A DNA stretch of 64,000 nucleotides, from positions 84,169 through 148,168 of the forward strand of contig CAVULG010000009.1 in NCBI GenBank assembly GCA_963742245.1, written 5' to 3'. Each line of letters starts with the position of its first letter. The first letter of the stretch is position 1. This stretch comes from an uncultured Acidobacteriota bacterium (GTDB lineage: Bacteria; Acidobacteriota; Thermoanaerobaculia; UBA5066; Gp7-AA6). A model generated the notes under the pieces. It did not search any database. It was not told the DNA's origin and saw only the letters and a program-made list of their open reading frames with translations. Shown here piece by piece: positions 30,180-39,798 of this stretch. The translations under genes and the position numbers were made by a program.

Positions 30180-31427
30180 TCAGGCTCGTTCGACGGCCCG
30201 TCGCAGCGTGACGATGTCGACGAGCCCCGCGCATCCGTAGAGCGCGGGCAGAACTTTCGCCGCGGGGTGCTTGCGACGCAGGTCTGCGACGACCTCGGTG
30301 CCCGCGCGATAGGCGGGCAGGTTCATCCGGCCGAAAAGCGGATGCTTGCCCCACGCACCCGCGAACTTCCCGGCGCGCTCCTCGGAGACGAGGCAGTCGC
30401 GCCGGAGCGATGCCGCGATCTCCTCCTGCGGCGCGCGCTCTTCCCACGTGCGGTACGACGCCTGGTTCTTCGCGTCGTCCTGGAGGTGCGCGAGCCAGAG
30501 GCCGATCTGCAGGTCCTCGTCGGGCACCTGCTCGATTTCGGTCAGCCCCATCGCCATCAGAACCGCGTTGTTGCCGATGCCCTCCGCGAGCGTGCCCCAG
30601 CGTGTGTTCATGGCGAGGATCGTGGCCTCGAAACCGACGCGCCCGCGCACGTAGAGCCCCTGCATGAGGGCGCCCGTCGTGACGTGGCCCGGCACGACCT
30701 CGTGGCCGACGAGCTGCTCGAACTCGGGCACGGAAATCTGCAGCGACGCGTTGATCTCGTACAACGCCTCGTACTGCGGCGAACCGTCCGGATTTCGGGC
30801 GCGCCCGACGTAGCTCATGAATCCCGAAAAGAACGCGTCCGGGATCGGCACGAACGTCATGTTGGCGCGCGGAACACTCTGGAGATCCGCGGGCAGGTGC
30901 GGCGCGAGATGCTTCGTCGTCCCGGAGTCGAATCGCGCGATGAACGCATTCGCGAGCGTCGCGATGGTCTTCGGCGGGACCATGCGCTCGCGCCGCCAGG
31001 CGTCGACGGCCGCGAGCAGCTCCTCCGGAGTCTTCGACGGGTAGCCCGCGCGCGCGAGCAGGTCCGTGAGGCGGCGGCGCTTCTCATCCGGCCGCGACGG
31101 CGACGGCGTCCTGCCCGTCGACGCGACGACGCACCGCTCGTAGGACACGGCCGGTCCGCGTCCGAGCAGGTGCATCGAGAGGTCCCACATCGCCGACAGC
31201 GCCTCGCCGAGACCGTCGAAGAAGGCGCCCCGCAGCCCCGGAAGCTTCGCGCCCTCGGCCCGCAGGCCGTCGATCGCACCCTGCACGTCGATCGCCGCGA
31301 GGTACTCGTCGATCGCCGCTGTGTCCGGCTCCTTCGCGGCCGCTCCGCCGCTCGCCCGGAGCCGGCCCGCCGCGGGATGCGTGTACGCCTCGGGCATCGG
31401 CGCGTCGGAGAACCAGGAGTCGACCAC
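30180..31427 (-). CDS. DUF885-family protein (putative metallopeptidase); N-terminus uncertain
   Basis: HEVVPGH motif typical of DUF885. GTG 31427 is the first in-frame start. Protein-like sequence in another frame lies upstream (31430-31535). Confidence 0.55.
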   Translation of the reverse strand: MVDSWFSDAPMPEAYTHPAAGRLRASGGAAAKEPDTAAIDEYLAAIDVQGAIDGLRAEGAKLPGLRGAFFDGLGEALSAMWDLSMHLLGRGPAVSYERCVVASTGRTPSPSRPDEKRRRLTDLLARAGYPSKTPEELLAAVDAWRRERMVPPKTIATLANAFIARFDSGTTKHLAPHLPADLQSVPRANMTFVPIPDAFFSGFMSYVGRARNPDGSPQYEALYEINASLQISVPEFEQLVGHEVVPGHVTTGALMQGLYVRGRVGFEATILAMNTRWGTLAEGIGNNAVLMAMGLTEIEQVPDEDLQIGLWLAHLQDDAKNQASYRTWEERAPQEEIAASLRRDCLVSEERAGKFAGAWGKHPLFGRMNLPAYRAGTEVVADLRRKHPAAKVLPALYGCAGLVDIVTLRRAVERA

Positions 31428-31535
31428 CGCGCGAGCCCGTGCCCGATGGGTTCATCACGTCGCCGCCCCAGAGGGCGTCGATTCCCAGCAGCGCCGTCGC
31501 GGTCAGCGCGTCGAGGTTGCGCGTGCCGGAGTCCG

Positions 31536-33539
31536 TCAGGCCGGTTTCTCCTTCTTCATGGAGCCGCGCCACAGGTACACGCAGAGAAGGATGAATCCGA
31601 CCGAGCTGACCATCTGGGAGACGGGCTCGTTGTCGTAGAACGGCAGCTTGATCAGGTCCTCGCGGTACCAGCCGAAGAGCCGCAGACCCGCGCCGAACAC
31701 GCCGCCGAGTGCGCCGCCGGCCATCAGGCCCGATGCGATGATGATGGCCCGCTCGCGCATCGTCCGCCCCGCCTCGCCGCCCGTCTTCTCGGAACGCTTC
31801 TGGACGTAGTGGGAGAGGATGCCGCCGACGAGCGCCGGCGAATTGAGCTCGAGCGGCAGGTACATGCCGAGCGCGAAGATGAGCGGGGGCACGCGGAGCA
31901 TCTCCATCGCGACCGCGACGAAGGCGCCGGCCGCGAAGAGGACGTAGGCCACCGGCTGGCGGCTCATGAAGCCCTCCACCAGCGCCTTCATGATCGAGGC
32001 CTGGGGCGAGGCGAGCACCAGCCGCGTGTCTCCCGGGGCGGCTTCGCCGAACTGGAAGGTCTTCGCGAGCGCGACGATGACGAGGCCGACGACGACGGCC
32101 GAGCAGACGACTCCGAGGAACTTGACCTTCTCCTGCGCCGCAGGCGTGGAGCCCAGCCAGTAACCGGTCTTCAGGTCCGTGATCGTCTGGCCCGAAACCG
32201 ACAGCGCCGTGCAGACCATGCCGGCGATCGCCATGACGAAGAACATGCCGGTCCGTCCCGAAACGCCGAACTCGAGCAGGACGACCGACGAAATGATGAT
32301 CGTCAGCATGGTCATGCCGGAGACCGGGTTGCGCGCCGTCGTCGCGATGGCGTTGGCGGCGACCGACGTGAAGAAGAACGAGAAGACGAGGGTCAGACCG
32401 AGGCCCACGAGCGCGATGACCGCCGTCGTTCCGAGGTTGCCCAGGAAGATCGCGACGGCGAGCGCCGAGACGACGACGCCGAGCAGGATCTTCCCGATCG
32501 CCATGTCGCGGTCGGTCCGTTCCGCGCCATGGTGCTCGCCCTTCTGGAAGGCCTTCGCGGCGATGGAGAAAGAGCCGACGACGACCTTGAGGGACTTGAC
32601 GATGCCGAAGATCCCGGCCGTCGCGATCGCTCCGACGCCGATGAACCGCACGTAGCTGCGGAAGATGTCGGCCGCGGCCATCTGCGAGATCGGGACCGTC
32701 CCCGGGTAGATCGCGTCCGGAAACCGCTGGCCGAGAAACCAGATCAGCGGCACGAGGACCAGGTTCGAGAAGACGCCCCCCGCGCACAGCAGGGTCGAGG
32801 CCCGCAGGCCCATCACGTAGCCGAGGCCGAGGATGAAGGCGATCAGGTCGAAGCGCAGAATCATCCGCGCCTTCTCGTTGATCGTGGCGATCGCGGGCAC
32901 CCACTGGTAGTCGACGAACTCTTTCCACACCTGGAAGGTCGTCACGAAGAAATCGTAGACGGCCGAGATGCCGGTGGCCTGGAGAAGCAGCTTCGCCTGC
33001 GAGCCGCCCTTCTCGCCGGTGACGAGCACTTCCGTGATCGCCGTCGCCTCGGGGTACGGCAGCTCCCCGTGCATGTCGTGGACGAAGTAGCGTCGCAGGG
33101 GAATCAGGAACAGAACGCCGAGGCATCCGCCCGCGAGGCAGATGAAGATCGTCTGCCAGGGGTGCGGATCGAGCTTCAGGATGTAGAGGGCGGGCAGCGT
33201 GAAGATCGCTCCGGCGACGACCGAGCCCGACACGCCGCCGATGCCCGTGATGATGACGTTCTCGAGGATGCTCGACCGGCGGCCGTAGACACGGGCGAGG
33301 CCGATCGCGAGGATCGAGATCGGAATCGCGGCCTCCATGACCTGGCCGACCTTCAGACCCGAGTAGGCCGAGGCCGCCGTGAAGATCGCGCAGAGGAAGA
33401 GCCCCCACAAAACCGAGCGCCAGGTCGTCTCGGGCAGGTTCGCCGAGGCCGGAATCACCGGCACGTAGATCTCACCGGGCTTCAGGGGTCGATAGGCGTT
33501 CTCCGGAAGGGACTTCGTCTCGGACGCAACTTCCCCCAT
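31536..33539 (-). CDS. OPT-family oligopeptide transporter
   Basis: 667 aa with about 16 TM helices. The N-terminal region PLKPGEIYVP...TWRSVLWG and the overall pattern match the OPT superfamily. Confidence 0.85.
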   Translation of the reverse strand: MGEVASETKSLPENAYRPLKPGEIYVPVIPASANLPETTWRSVLWGLFLCAIFTAASAYSGLKVGQVMEAAIPISILAIGLARVYGRRSSILENVIITGIGGVSGSVVAGAIFTLPALYILKLDPHPWQTIFICLAGGCLGVLFLIPLRRYFVHDMHGELPYPEATAITEVLVTGEKGGSQAKLLLQATGISAVYDFFVTTFQVWKEFVDYQWVPAIATINEKARMILRFDLIAFILGLGYVMGLRASTLLCAGGVFSNLVLVPLIWFLGQRFPDAIYPGTVPISQMAAADIFRSYVRFIGVGAIATAGIFGIVKSLKVVVGSFSIAAKAFQKGEHHGAERTDRDMAIGKILLGVVVSALAVAIFLGNLGTTAVIALVGLGLTLVFSFFFTSVAANAIATTARNPVSGMTMLTIIISSVVLLEFGVSGRTGMFFVMAIAGMVCTALSVSGQTITDLKTGYWLGSTPAAQEKVKFLGVVCSAVVVGLVIVALAKTFQFGEAAPGDTRLVLASPQASIMKALVEGFMSRQPVAYVLFAAGAFVAVAMEMLRVPPLIFALGMYLPLELNSPALVGGILSHYVQKRSEKTGGEAGRTMRERAIIIASGLMAGGALGGVFGAGLRLFGWYREDLIKLPFYDNEPVSQMVSSVGFILLCVYLWRGSMKKEKPA

Positions 33540-33643
33540 ATCGGGCCTCCTGCGTGAACCTTGCGCGGGATCTTATCGGAGTCTTCCTTGGCGAATCCTC
33601 GGAAGGCCCGCGACGTATAGTCGTTCGTGGAAAGGGAGTGCCC

Positions 33644-34216
33644 GTGAACAAAACTCGACGTTTCCTCTGCGCGGCCGCGAGCGCGATCCTGGTCGCCACC
33701 GTTTCGACAGCGCAGCTTCCGACGCGCCCGCCTGTGGGCCGGCCCGACAGCGGAGCCATCGACGGCGCCTCGCCCGACGCGATCCTCACCGCGCTCTACG
33801 AATCGGTCAGCCACCCCGACGGCGTCGAGCCCGACTGGAAGCGCATGCGCGCCATCTTCATGTCCGTCGGCGTGCTCATCCCACCGAAGCGCCCGACCGA
33901 GGACATCTTCACCGTCGTCGACGTCGACGGCTTCCGGGACCGCGTCCGCGAGTCCGCCGCGAACGCGAAGAAGAAGGGCGAGTCGACGGCGTTCTTCGAG
34001 AAGGAGGTCGCGCGCCGGCTCGACTGCTTCGGCAACGTCTGCCAGGCGTTCTCGACCTACGAAGCGCGGCGTTCGCCGTCGGACGAGAAGCCCTTCGTCC
34101 GGGGGATCAACAGCATCCAGCTCCTCAACGACGGCAAACGCTGGTGGGTCGCGTCGGTCGCCTGGGACACCGAGCGTCCCAACAACCCGATCCCCGCGCA
34201 GTACCAACAACAATAG
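33644..34216 (+). CDS. secreted NTF2-like (SnoaL/DUF4440-like) protein
   Basis: GTG 33644 is preceded by AAAGGGAG. Signal peptide is present. The size and the W-x-x-x-x-W C-terminal pattern are NTF2-like. This is a weak call. Confidence 0.45.
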   Translation: MNKTRRFLCAAASAILVATVSTAQLPTRPPVGRPDSGAIDGASPDAILTALYESVSHPDGVEPDWKRMRAIFMSVGVLIPPKRPTEDIFTVVDVDGFRDRVRESAANAKKKGESTAFFEKEVARRLDCFGNVCQAFSTYEARRSPSDEKPFVRGINSIQLLNDGKRWWVASVAWDTERPNNPIPAQYQQQ

Positions 34217-34217
34217 C

Positions 34218-34350
34218 GGGGTCTGACGTGCACATCGCGAGCCCCCGAAGGACGACTTCGAAGCCGCGATGTGCAGGTCTGACCCCAGGTGCCCTCAACT
34301 GTCAGGACTGCAGGTCAGGCCCCACTTTGCAGGATTGCAGGGCTGACCCT
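34218..34350. repeat. imperfect ~69-nt hairpin plus three direct copies of TGCAGGkCwGrCCCy between convergent genes
   Basis: GGGGTCTGACGTGCACATCGCG...CGCGATGTGCAGGTCTGACCCC spans 34218-34286. The motif copies lie at 34272-34286, 34309-34323 and 34336-34350. Confidence 0.75.
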
Positions 34351-34355
34351 ACAGC

Positions 34356-35168
34356 CTAGACCCCGCCGAGCTCCTTCGAGCGGGCCGTCGCCGCCTCGAC
34401 GGCGTCCATGAGGATCGCGCGCAGCCGATTGCGCTCGAGGCTGTGGAGCGCGGCGATCGCCGTGCCGCCGGGCGAAGTGACCATGTCCTTCAGGACCGCG
34501 GGGTGGATCTTCAGGACCTCGGCCATCTTCGCCGCGCCGAGGACCGTCTGCACCGTCAGCGCCGTCGCGACGTCGCGCGAGAGTCCGACGCGCACGCCGG
34601 CGTCGGACAGGCCCTCGACGATCTGGAAGACGTACATGGGACCGCTGCCGGAGAGACCCGTGACCGCGTCGAGCTGGTACTCCGGAAGCTCGACGACGAG
34701 TCCGATCGACTCGAAGATCTTGCGGGCCTCTGCCATGCGCGCCGGCGTCGCGTGCTTGCCGCCGCAGAGCACCGTGGCCGAAAGGCGCACGACCGCCGCG
34801 ACGTTGGGCATCGCGCGCACGACCGGGACACGGGGTCCGGCGATCGCCTCGATGCGCGCGGTCGGAAACCCGGCCGCGATCGAGACGAGCAGGCGCTCAC
34901 GCGAGATCGCCGGCTTGATCTCGGTCAGCACCTTCTCGAGGATCTGCGGCTTGACGGCGAGGATCACGATGTCGGCCGAGCGCGCGGCCTCGAGGTTCGA
35001 CGCGACGACGCGGATGCGGAGCTCCTTCGCGAGGGCCGCCGCCTTGGCGGCCTTGGGGTGCGATGCCGTCAGCCGGCCGCGGCGTCCCCAGCCGGAGGCG
35101 AGGATCCCGCGAAGAAGCGCCGCGCCCATGTTGCCCGCTCCGAGAACGGCGATGCGTTTCTTCTCCAT
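34356..35168 (-). CDS. proC: pyrroline-5-carboxylate reductase
   Basis: ATG 35168 (MEKKRIAVLGAGNMG) lies inside ORF 34356..35657. AVKPQ and the C-terminal SPGGTAIAAL motif are present. Confidence 0.9.
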   Translation of the reverse strand: MEKKRIAVLGAGNMGAALLRGILASGWGRRGRLTASHPKAAKAAALAKELRIRVVASNLEAARSADIVILAVKPQILEKVLTEIKPAISRERLLVSIAAGFPTARIEAIAGPRVPVVRAMPNVAAVVRLSATVLCGGKHATPARMAEARKIFESIGLVVELPEYQLDAVTGLSGSGPMYVFQIVEGLSDAGVRVGLSRDVATALTVQTVLGAAKMAEVLKIHPAVLKDMVTSPGGTAIAALHSLERNRLRAILMDAVEAATARSKELGGV

Positions 35169-35216
35169 GGCCGCAGGATAGCGCGCGCGCCTGCGGTAGG
35201 CTCGCCGGTGCGCACC

Positions 35217-35642
35217 ATGGCCAGGATCAACTTCGGGCGGGTCGTTCTCGGCGGAATCCTCGCCGGCATCCTGATCAACGTCTCCGAGTACCTGCGCTAC
35301 GACGTCGTGATGCGCGGCGAGTTCGAGGCAGGTCTCCGCGCTCTCGGCAAGGGCCTCCCGCAGGGGGGCGCCGTGACCGTCGTCTGGACGCTCTGGGGAT
35401 TCGCGGTCGGCATCGCGGCCGTCTGGCTCTACGCCGCGATCCGGCCCCGCTACGGCAAGGGCGCCGCGACGGCGGTTCGGGCCGGTGTCGCGATCTGGTT
35501 CCTGACGTCCCTCCTCGCGATCGTTGCGATGAAGGCCATGGGCCTCTTCCAGATCTCCGTGGTCGCCCTCGTCTGGACGCTCGTCGAATCCGTCGCAGCG
35601 ACCCTCGCGGGAGCGTGGCTCTACCGGGAGACGGAGGCGTAG
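35217..35642 (+). CDS. small 4-TM membrane protein, unknown function
   Basis: ATG 35217 lies inside ORF 34443..35642. Four hydrophobic helices. Confidence 0.5.
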   Translation: MARINFGRVVLGGILAGILINVSEYLRYDVVMRGEFEAGLRALGKGLPQGGAVTVVWTLWGFAVGIAAVWLYAAIRPRYGKGAATAVRAGVAIWFLTSLLAIVAMKAMGLFQISVVALVWTLVESVAATLAGAWLYRETEA

Positions 35643-35645
35643 CGG

Positions 35646-35718
35646 GGGCGGCCACAAGGGCCGCCCCTACGAAGACAGGGTAGCGTTCCTGGCGTAGGGG
35701 CGGCCCTTGCGGCCGCCC
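35646..35718. repeat. inverted pair of REP-like hairpins between convergent genes
   Basis: GGGCGGCC-ACAAG-GGCCGCCC-CTAC (35646-35670) and GTAG-GGGCGGCC-CTTGC-GGCCGCCC (35694-35718). Confidence 0.8.
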
Positions 35719-35720
35719 TC

Positions 35721-36840
35721 TTACGCGAGCGCCTGCCGGAGATCCTCGATCAGATCGTCCGCGTGCTCGAGGCCGACGGAGACGCGGAGCAGGTTCTGCG
35801 GCGTCGGCGAGCCCGGGCCCTCGCTCGACGCGCGGTGCTCCAGGAGGCTCTCGGTCGCACCGAGGCTCGTCGCGTTGACGAAGAGCTTCACGCGCGAAGC
35901 GGCGCGCACCGCGGCGTCCCGGCCGCCCCGCACGCGCAGCGACAGCATTCCGCCGAAGGCACTCATCTGGCGGCGCGCGACGGCGTGGCCCGGGTGCGAC
36001 TCCAGCCCCGGATAATGCACGGCCTCGATGGCCGGATGCGCTTCGAGCGCGCGTGCAATCGCGAGCGCGTTCTCGGAATGCCGGTCCATGCGGCAGCCGA
36101 GCGTGCGCAGCCCGCGCAGGATGAGCCAGGAGTTGAAGGGCGACGCGACCCCGCCGAGGATGTAGCGGACCTGCTCCGCCCTCTCGAAGGTCTCGTCCTT
36201 TTTCCGGAAGACGAGGGCTCCCCCCTGCACGTCGCTGTGACCGCCGAGGTACTTCGTCGTCGAGTGGAGCACGACGTCCGCGCCGAGCTCGAGCGGGCCG
36301 CTGGAGCGCGGGCGTCGCGAACGTTCCGTCGACGGCGAGGAGCGCTCCCGCCTTCTTCGCGATCGCGGCGAGCCCGGCGAGGTCCACGACGTTCATCAGC
36401 GGGTTCGACGGCGTCTCCGCCCAGATCAGCCGCGTGTTCGGACGCATCGCGGCTGCGACGCGGGCGAGGTCGCCCATGTCGACGGCCGACGACTCCATGC
36501 CCCAGCGCGGCAGGAAGTCTTTCGCCATCTGGCGAAACCCGTAGTAGAGGTCCTCCTGAAAGAGAACGTGCGTGCCGGCCGGCATGGCCTGCAGATACGC
36601 CGCGCCGGCCGACAGGCCCGAGGCGAAGACGAGCGCCGCCTCGCCGGCGTCGAGCGCGGCGAGGGCCTCGCAGAGCTGCGCCTGGTTCGGGTTGGATTCC
36701 CGGATGTACATGTGTCCGCCGGGCGTCTCCCCGGCCGGGCCGTGCTCGAAGGTCGTCGAGAGATGAATCGGAGGCGCGACGTCGAAGGTCGACGGGTCGC
36801 GGCGGCGGCCGGCGTGGACCGCGAGCGTTTCGAATCTCAT
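35721..36840 (-). CDS. Cys/Met-metabolism PLP enzyme (cystathionine gamma-synthase/lyase family), single frameshift
   Basis: The N-terminal part is in ORF 35275..36840 (to ...AVDGTFATPALQRP). The C-terminal part is in ORF 35721..36272 (LHSTTKYLGGHSDV, PLP lysine). One extra base near 36296 (CGGCCCGCTCGAG) separates them. Confidence 0.8.
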
Positions 36841-39002
36841 GGCGTTCCCCCTTTGCCCGCGGGCGGCTTGCGCTTGCCGCGATACACGCCGTCGGGCTGG
36901 ATGACGAGAAGCTCGTCGATGACACCCTTGTCGTCCGGCAGGAAGCGAATCGAGTAACCCGTGAGCTCGCGAAACCGGAACTCGGTTCCGCGATACGCCT
37001 CGAGCGTGTACGGAGGCTGGCCCGGGACGAGCGCCGTGAGCGCATCGCCCTCGAGGGTCACCGTCACGGCGACCGAGGGCTGGTCAACGAGCACGAAGGT
37101 CCCGGTGGCCGACTTCAGGAACGCGGGATCCGACAGCCGCGCCGGCGGCTTCTTCTCGAAGACGATCTCGGCCGTCTGGGCCTCGAGCGGCATGGCGAGC
37201 GCGTCGACGTCTCCCTTCGCGTTCGTGTGGAAGAGGACGAACATCTTCTCGTCGGCAAGCGCCGGGTCCTCGAACACGGCGCGGAACGTCTCGTAGTGCC
37301 AGTGCTCGAGACGCATCGGAATCGCGTGGATCGTGGCTTTCAGCCCGGATGCGCCATCCCGGGATACCGCCATCGTCCCGTAGGCCGGGTGGGCGTAGTC
37401 GCCCGCGTACTCTTCGAGCGCGTGCGCGGGTTTCGTTCCCTTCTTGCGGTCGAAGGTCTCGAGCCCGCCTTTGGCCTTTTCGGCGCCCGCCTCGGCTTCG
37501 TCGACGCGGGTTTTCAAACGCGCGCTCCAGTCGATGGGCGAAAGCTCGAGCATCCGGTCGATCGCGACGCGGCTCACGATCTCGGGCAGCGGCGTCCCGT
37601 CCAGGTTCGCGAGCGCGACGACGCCGAGCTTCTCCGCCGGAAGAAACGTCACCATCGCCGAGAATCCGTCGATGTTGCCTCCGTGGTGCACGCGCTTCTT
37701 GCCCCGGTAGGACTCGACGAACCAGCCCATCGCGTACGTCGGCAGGATGATCTCCGGGTCCTTCCCCTCCTGGCGCATGACCATCTGGGGCTGATGCATT
37801 TCCGCGAGGTTGGCCTCGCCGACGACACGTATCCCGCCGCCGCCTGCCGTCCCGTTGGAGAGCTGGAGCTTCAGCCATCGGACCATGTCGGTCAGGTTGG
37901 AGTTGATGGAGCCGGCCGGACCCACCGCGTCGATGTTGCGGAACGGGATCTCGGAGACCTTCTCGTCCTTCTCGGTGTACGGCGCGGCGAAGTCCGCGGC
38001 CTTCTTCGACTCTTCGACCGAGAAGTTGCTCGCCGTCATGCCGAGCGGGCCGAAGATGCGGGCGCGCACGAGGTCCTCCCAGGACTTTCCCGCGACCTCG
38101 CCGGCGAGATACCCCGCCGTCAGAAACATGAGGTTCTGGTACTGCCACTTCGCGCGAAAATCCGCGTTGGGCTCGAGGTATCGCAGGCGCGCGAAGATCT
38201 CCGCCCGCGAGAGAGGCGCGTTGTACCAGACGAGATCGTGGCGCGGCAGGCCCGATCGGTGCGTGACGAGGTCCCGCGGCGTCATGCGCGCGCTCGCAAA
38301 CTCGTCGGCGAGCGCGAAGGACGGCAGGTAGTCCTTGACGGGAACGTCCCAGTCGAGCTTGCCGTCGTCGACGAGGACCCCGAGGCTCATCACCGTGAAG
38401 GCCTTCGTCGCCGAGCCGATGGCGAAGAGGGTGTCCTCCGTGACCGGGAGCTTCTTCTCGACGTTGCGCAGGCCGTAGCCCTTCGCGAGCACGACCTCGC
38501 CATCTTTCACGATGGCGACCGCAATCCCGGGAACGTTCCAGGTTTTCAGCGCGGCGTCGACGAACGCGTCGAAGCCCTCGAGCGCGCGCGCCGCGGCGGT
38601 GGCGGGAGGAAGGCGCCGCTCGAGACGGAAGGGAAACGTCTGTCCGCCCTGCGTGAAGTCGCCCGCCAGAGTCGCGCCGTCCGTCGCGAGCCGGCCGCGG
38701 AAGGTCGGATCGCCCGGGACCCCCCCGATCGCGAAACGGACCGTCTCGCCCGCGACGTCGAAGCCCGAGAGGGGCAGGGCCCGCGCGCCCTGTGCCGGAA
38801 TGTCGATCGTCCCGCTCCAGACGCCGCCCGGGCCGGCCGCGATCGCGACGAGCACTTCGAGCTTCTGGCCGGGCAGCTCGATCGCTCCCTGCCAGCGTCC
38901 ATCCGGCGCGGGCGCATCGGGGCTGGGGAAGGCGGCGACGGCAAGGGCGAGAGAAAGGCCCGCGAGGAATGCGGCGACCGGTAGAAAGCGTTTTCGATAC
39001 AT
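36837..39002 (-). CDS. secreted serine hydrolase, beta-lactamase/PBP family with C-terminal DUF3471-like domain
   Basis: Signal peptide, SATK (SxxK) motif and YQNL. 721 aa. The stop overlaps the next start (ATGA). Confidence 0.8.
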   Translation of the reverse strand: MYRKRFLPVAAFLAGLSLALAVAAFPSPDAPAPDGRWQGAIELPGQKLEVLVAIAAGPGGVWSGTIDIPAQGARALPLSGFDVAGETVRFAIGGVPGDPTFRGRLATDGATLAGDFTQGGQTFPFRLERRLPPATAAARALEGFDAFVDAALKTWNVPGIAVAIVKDGEVVLAKGYGLRNVEKKLPVTEDTLFAIGSATKAFTVMSLGVLVDDGKLDWDVPVKDYLPSFALADEFASARMTPRDLVTHRSGLPRHDLVWYNAPLSRAEIFARLRYLEPNADFRAKWQYQNLMFLTAGYLAGEVAGKSWEDLVRARIFGPLGMTASNFSVEESKKAADFAAPYTEKDEKVSEIPFRNIDAVGPAGSINSNLTDMVRWLKLQLSNGTAGGGGIRVVGEANLAEMHQPQMVMRQEGKDPEIILPTYAMGWFVESYRGKKRVHHGGNIDGFSAMVTFLPAEKLGVVALANLDGTPLPEIVSRVAIDRMLELSPIDWSARLKTRVDEAEAGAEKAKGGLETFDRKKGTKPAHALEEYAGDYAHPAYGTMAVSRDGASGLKATIHAIPMRLEHWHYETFRAVFEDPALADEKMFVLFHTNAKGDVDALAMPLEAQTAEIVFEKKPPARLSDPAFLKSATGTFVLVDQPSVAVTVTLEGDALTALVPGQPPYTLEAYRGTEFRFRELTGYSIRFLPDDKGVIDELLVIQPDGVYRGKRKPPAGKGGTP

Positions 39003-39159
39003 AGCCCCCCTCGCGGTGCCGGAACTCTTACATAGACAGGACCGCGACCGAAGAATCCGCCCGCTTGCGCGCAGCGTACTCCGTGCGAAACCTCGGCCCG
39101 GCGCCGGAATCTAAGGCATCCCGGCGCCGTTATCGGTTCGCCGAGGCAGGAGGGCCATC

Positions 39160-39798
39160 TTGCAACCCTTGCATCCCTTGAGACCCCGCAGGTTCTTGCT
39201 TCTCGCGCTTCCGGCTCTGGTGCTGGTGCTGTTCGCCGCCGCCGCGCCCGCCTACGCCGCACCCCACGAGACCGCGATCTTCGCGGGCGGCTGCTTCTGG
39301 TGCGAGGAAAGCGCCTTCCAGGATCTTCCCGGAGTGTCCTCCGTCGTCTCGGGTTACATCGGGGGCACGACGCCGAACCCGACCTACGAACAGGTCTCGA
39401 CCGGGCGCACGGGCCACGCCGAGGCGGCCGAGGTCACTTTCGATCCGGCGAAGATCTCGTACGCGAAGCTCCTCGACGTCTATTGGCACAACATCGATCC
39501 GACCCAGGTCGACGGACAGTTCTGCGACCACGGTTCCCAGTACCGCACGGCGATCTTCTACAAGACCGACGCGCAGCAGCGCGCCGCCGAGGCGTCGAAG
39601 GCGAAGCTCGAGCAGGAGCCGCGCTTCCGGGGAAAGATCGCGACGCAGATCCAGCCCGCGACGAAGTTCTACCCGGCCGAGGAGTACCACCAGGACTACT
39701 GCAAGGTGAACCCGGAGCGATACAAGTCTTACTACGAGGGCTGCGGCCGCGGAACGCGCCTGAAGCAGATCTGGGGCGATCAAGCGGGAGGCCACTGA
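39160..39798 (+). CDS. msrA: peptide-methionine (S)-S-oxide reductase, exported
   Basis: GCFWC active site. N-terminal signal peptide (...APAYA/AP). TTG start after AGGAGGG. Confidence 0.85.
   Translation: MQPLHPLRPRRFLLLALPALVLVLFAAAAPAYAAPHETAIFAGGCFWCEESAFQDLPGVSSVVSGYIGGTTPNPTYEQVSTGRTGHAEAAEVTFDPAKISYAKLLDVYWHNIDPTQVDGQFCDHGSQYRTAIFYKTDAQQRAAEASKAKLEQEPRFRGKIATQIQPATKFYPAEEYHQDYCKVNPERYKSYYEGCGRGTRLKQIWGDQAGGH

Noticed and set aside
30018-33557. 1179-aa plus-strand ORF
   Set aside because: It is antisense to the DUF885 and OPT transporter genes. R/D/E-rich composition with no motifs.
34144-34359. 71-aa ORF across the 34.2-kb repeat cluster, and the 72-aa ORF 14530..14748 across a REP pair
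   Set aside because: These ORFs are generated by the repeat elements themselves and lie in intergenic positions between convergent genes.
35763-38984. 1073-aa plus-strand ORF
   Set aside because: It is antisense to the PLP enzyme and the beta-lactamase-family hydrolase. Shadow ORF.
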